Assembly: GCA_013286575.1 (NCBI GenBank)
Contig: JABDFL010000001.1
Location: 9,905-73,904, forward strand
Direction: 5' to 3'
Length of the DNA stretch: 64,000 nt
Origin: Candidatus Omnitrophota bacterium
Lineage (GTDB): Bacteria > Omnitrophota > Gorgyraeia > Zapsychrales > Fredricksoniimonadaceae
Shown here one piece after another: positions 63,454 through 64,000 of the stretch (position 1 is the stretch's first letter; every line of letters starts with the position of its first letter). The notes below the pieces were generated by a model, which saw nothing but the letters and a program-made list of their open reading frames with translations, did no database searches and was not told the DNA's origin. A program made the position numbers and the translations under genes.

Positions 63454-64000
63454 ATGTCTGACAAGATTTTACACAACCGCGGGGCCTTGGTCAATCCGGC
63501 CAACCGGTTTGAGAAGATATCATTCCAGCGGGACGAGGAGATTTCTGATGAGGAATACCCTTCACCCCAAACGGTATTCTATAAAGATACTTCCAAATCC
63601 ATTATCAGTTACAACGACAGCCCGGACATTGGTTATGAAACGAGTTTAAATCCCTACCGCGGCTGTGAGCATGGCTGTGTTTATTGCTATGCCAGGCCAA
63701 CGCATGAATATTTCGGCCTTTCTTCAGGCAGTGATTTTGAAGCCATTATTTTTGTCAAAACACAAGCGTCTCTGTTATTGCGCAAAGAATTGGCCCATCC
63801 TAAATGGAAGCCGCAGGTCGTTGTGATGAGCGGCGTGACGGATTGCTACCAGCCTTTTGAACGCAAATTCCAAATCACCCGCCAATGCCTGCAAGTGCTT
63901 CTGGATTTTAAGAATCCCGTCGGTATCATCACCAAGAATAAACTGGTCACGCGCGACATTGATATTTTTAAATCAATGGCCGCGTATCACGGCATTGGTG
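63454..64000 (+). CDS. Partial CDS (3' end outside the window): PA0069/SplB-like radical SAM protein.
   Basis: Open frame from the ATG at 63454 to the window end: ...NPYRGCEHGCVYCYARPTHEYFG... (radical-SAM CxxxCxxC). Absent from the track because no stop lies in the window. Confidence 0.6.
   Translation, partial: MSDKILHNRGALVNPANRFEKISFQRDEEISDEEYPSPQTVFYKDTSKSIISYNDSPDIGYETSLNPYRGCEHGCVYCYARPTHEYFGLSSGSDFEAIIFVKTQASLLLRKELAHPKWKPQVVVMSGVTDCYQPFERKFQITRQCLQVLLDFKNPVGIITKNKLVTRDIDIFKSMAAYHGIG

Overview
This ~64 kb window is a Gram-negative-type bacterial chromosome segment of roughly 50% GC. The lineage cannot be assigned from sequence alone. Coding is dense and almost entirely on the + strand, with many overlapping stop/start junctions. 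Recognisable core genes:
- lpxD, comM, accA, rlmN, and tRNA-Ala(GGC) plus tRNA-Leu(CAA)
- an iscS-birA-bioF-bioH-like-bioC-bioD-bioA operon, then mnmA and pgi
- a fused ABC-2 transporter, tatA-tatC, hemW and a polyprenyl synthase
- a purine operon: purB-purC-(purS~purL fusion)-LOG-purQ-[inserted island]-purM-purD
- a tsaC/LMW-PTP fusion-rpiB-glyA-nrdR-BFN-cca-ygfZ cluster
- era, nth, a soluble MgtE-N/CBS protein with an NRAMP transporter, and rpsU-purH-folC-mnmE
Accessory or unusual content:
- A REP-associated tyrosine transposase (RAYT) gene carries copies of its own palindrome inside its coding sequence. It sits next to comM, and a diverged duplicate of the comM 3' end lies on its far side.
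- At least three families of short hairpin repeats all begin with GTCAT. They are scattered through intergenic DNA, one copy is inserted in-frame in mnmE, and one forms the stop/start junction of cca and ygfZ.
- An AT-rich GmrSD-like (DUF262/DUF1524) defence gene and a 172-bp MITE-like imperfect palindrome are inserted between purQ and purM.
- A Ddl-like ATP-grasp gene is translationally coupled to a lysine-2,3-aminomutase-family radical SAM gene, followed by a 961-aa outer-membrane-type protein.
- Two giant coiled-coil proteins are present.
- A candidate BirA operator overlaps the promoter of the iscS-bio operon.
No CRISPR array or rRNA gene was seen.
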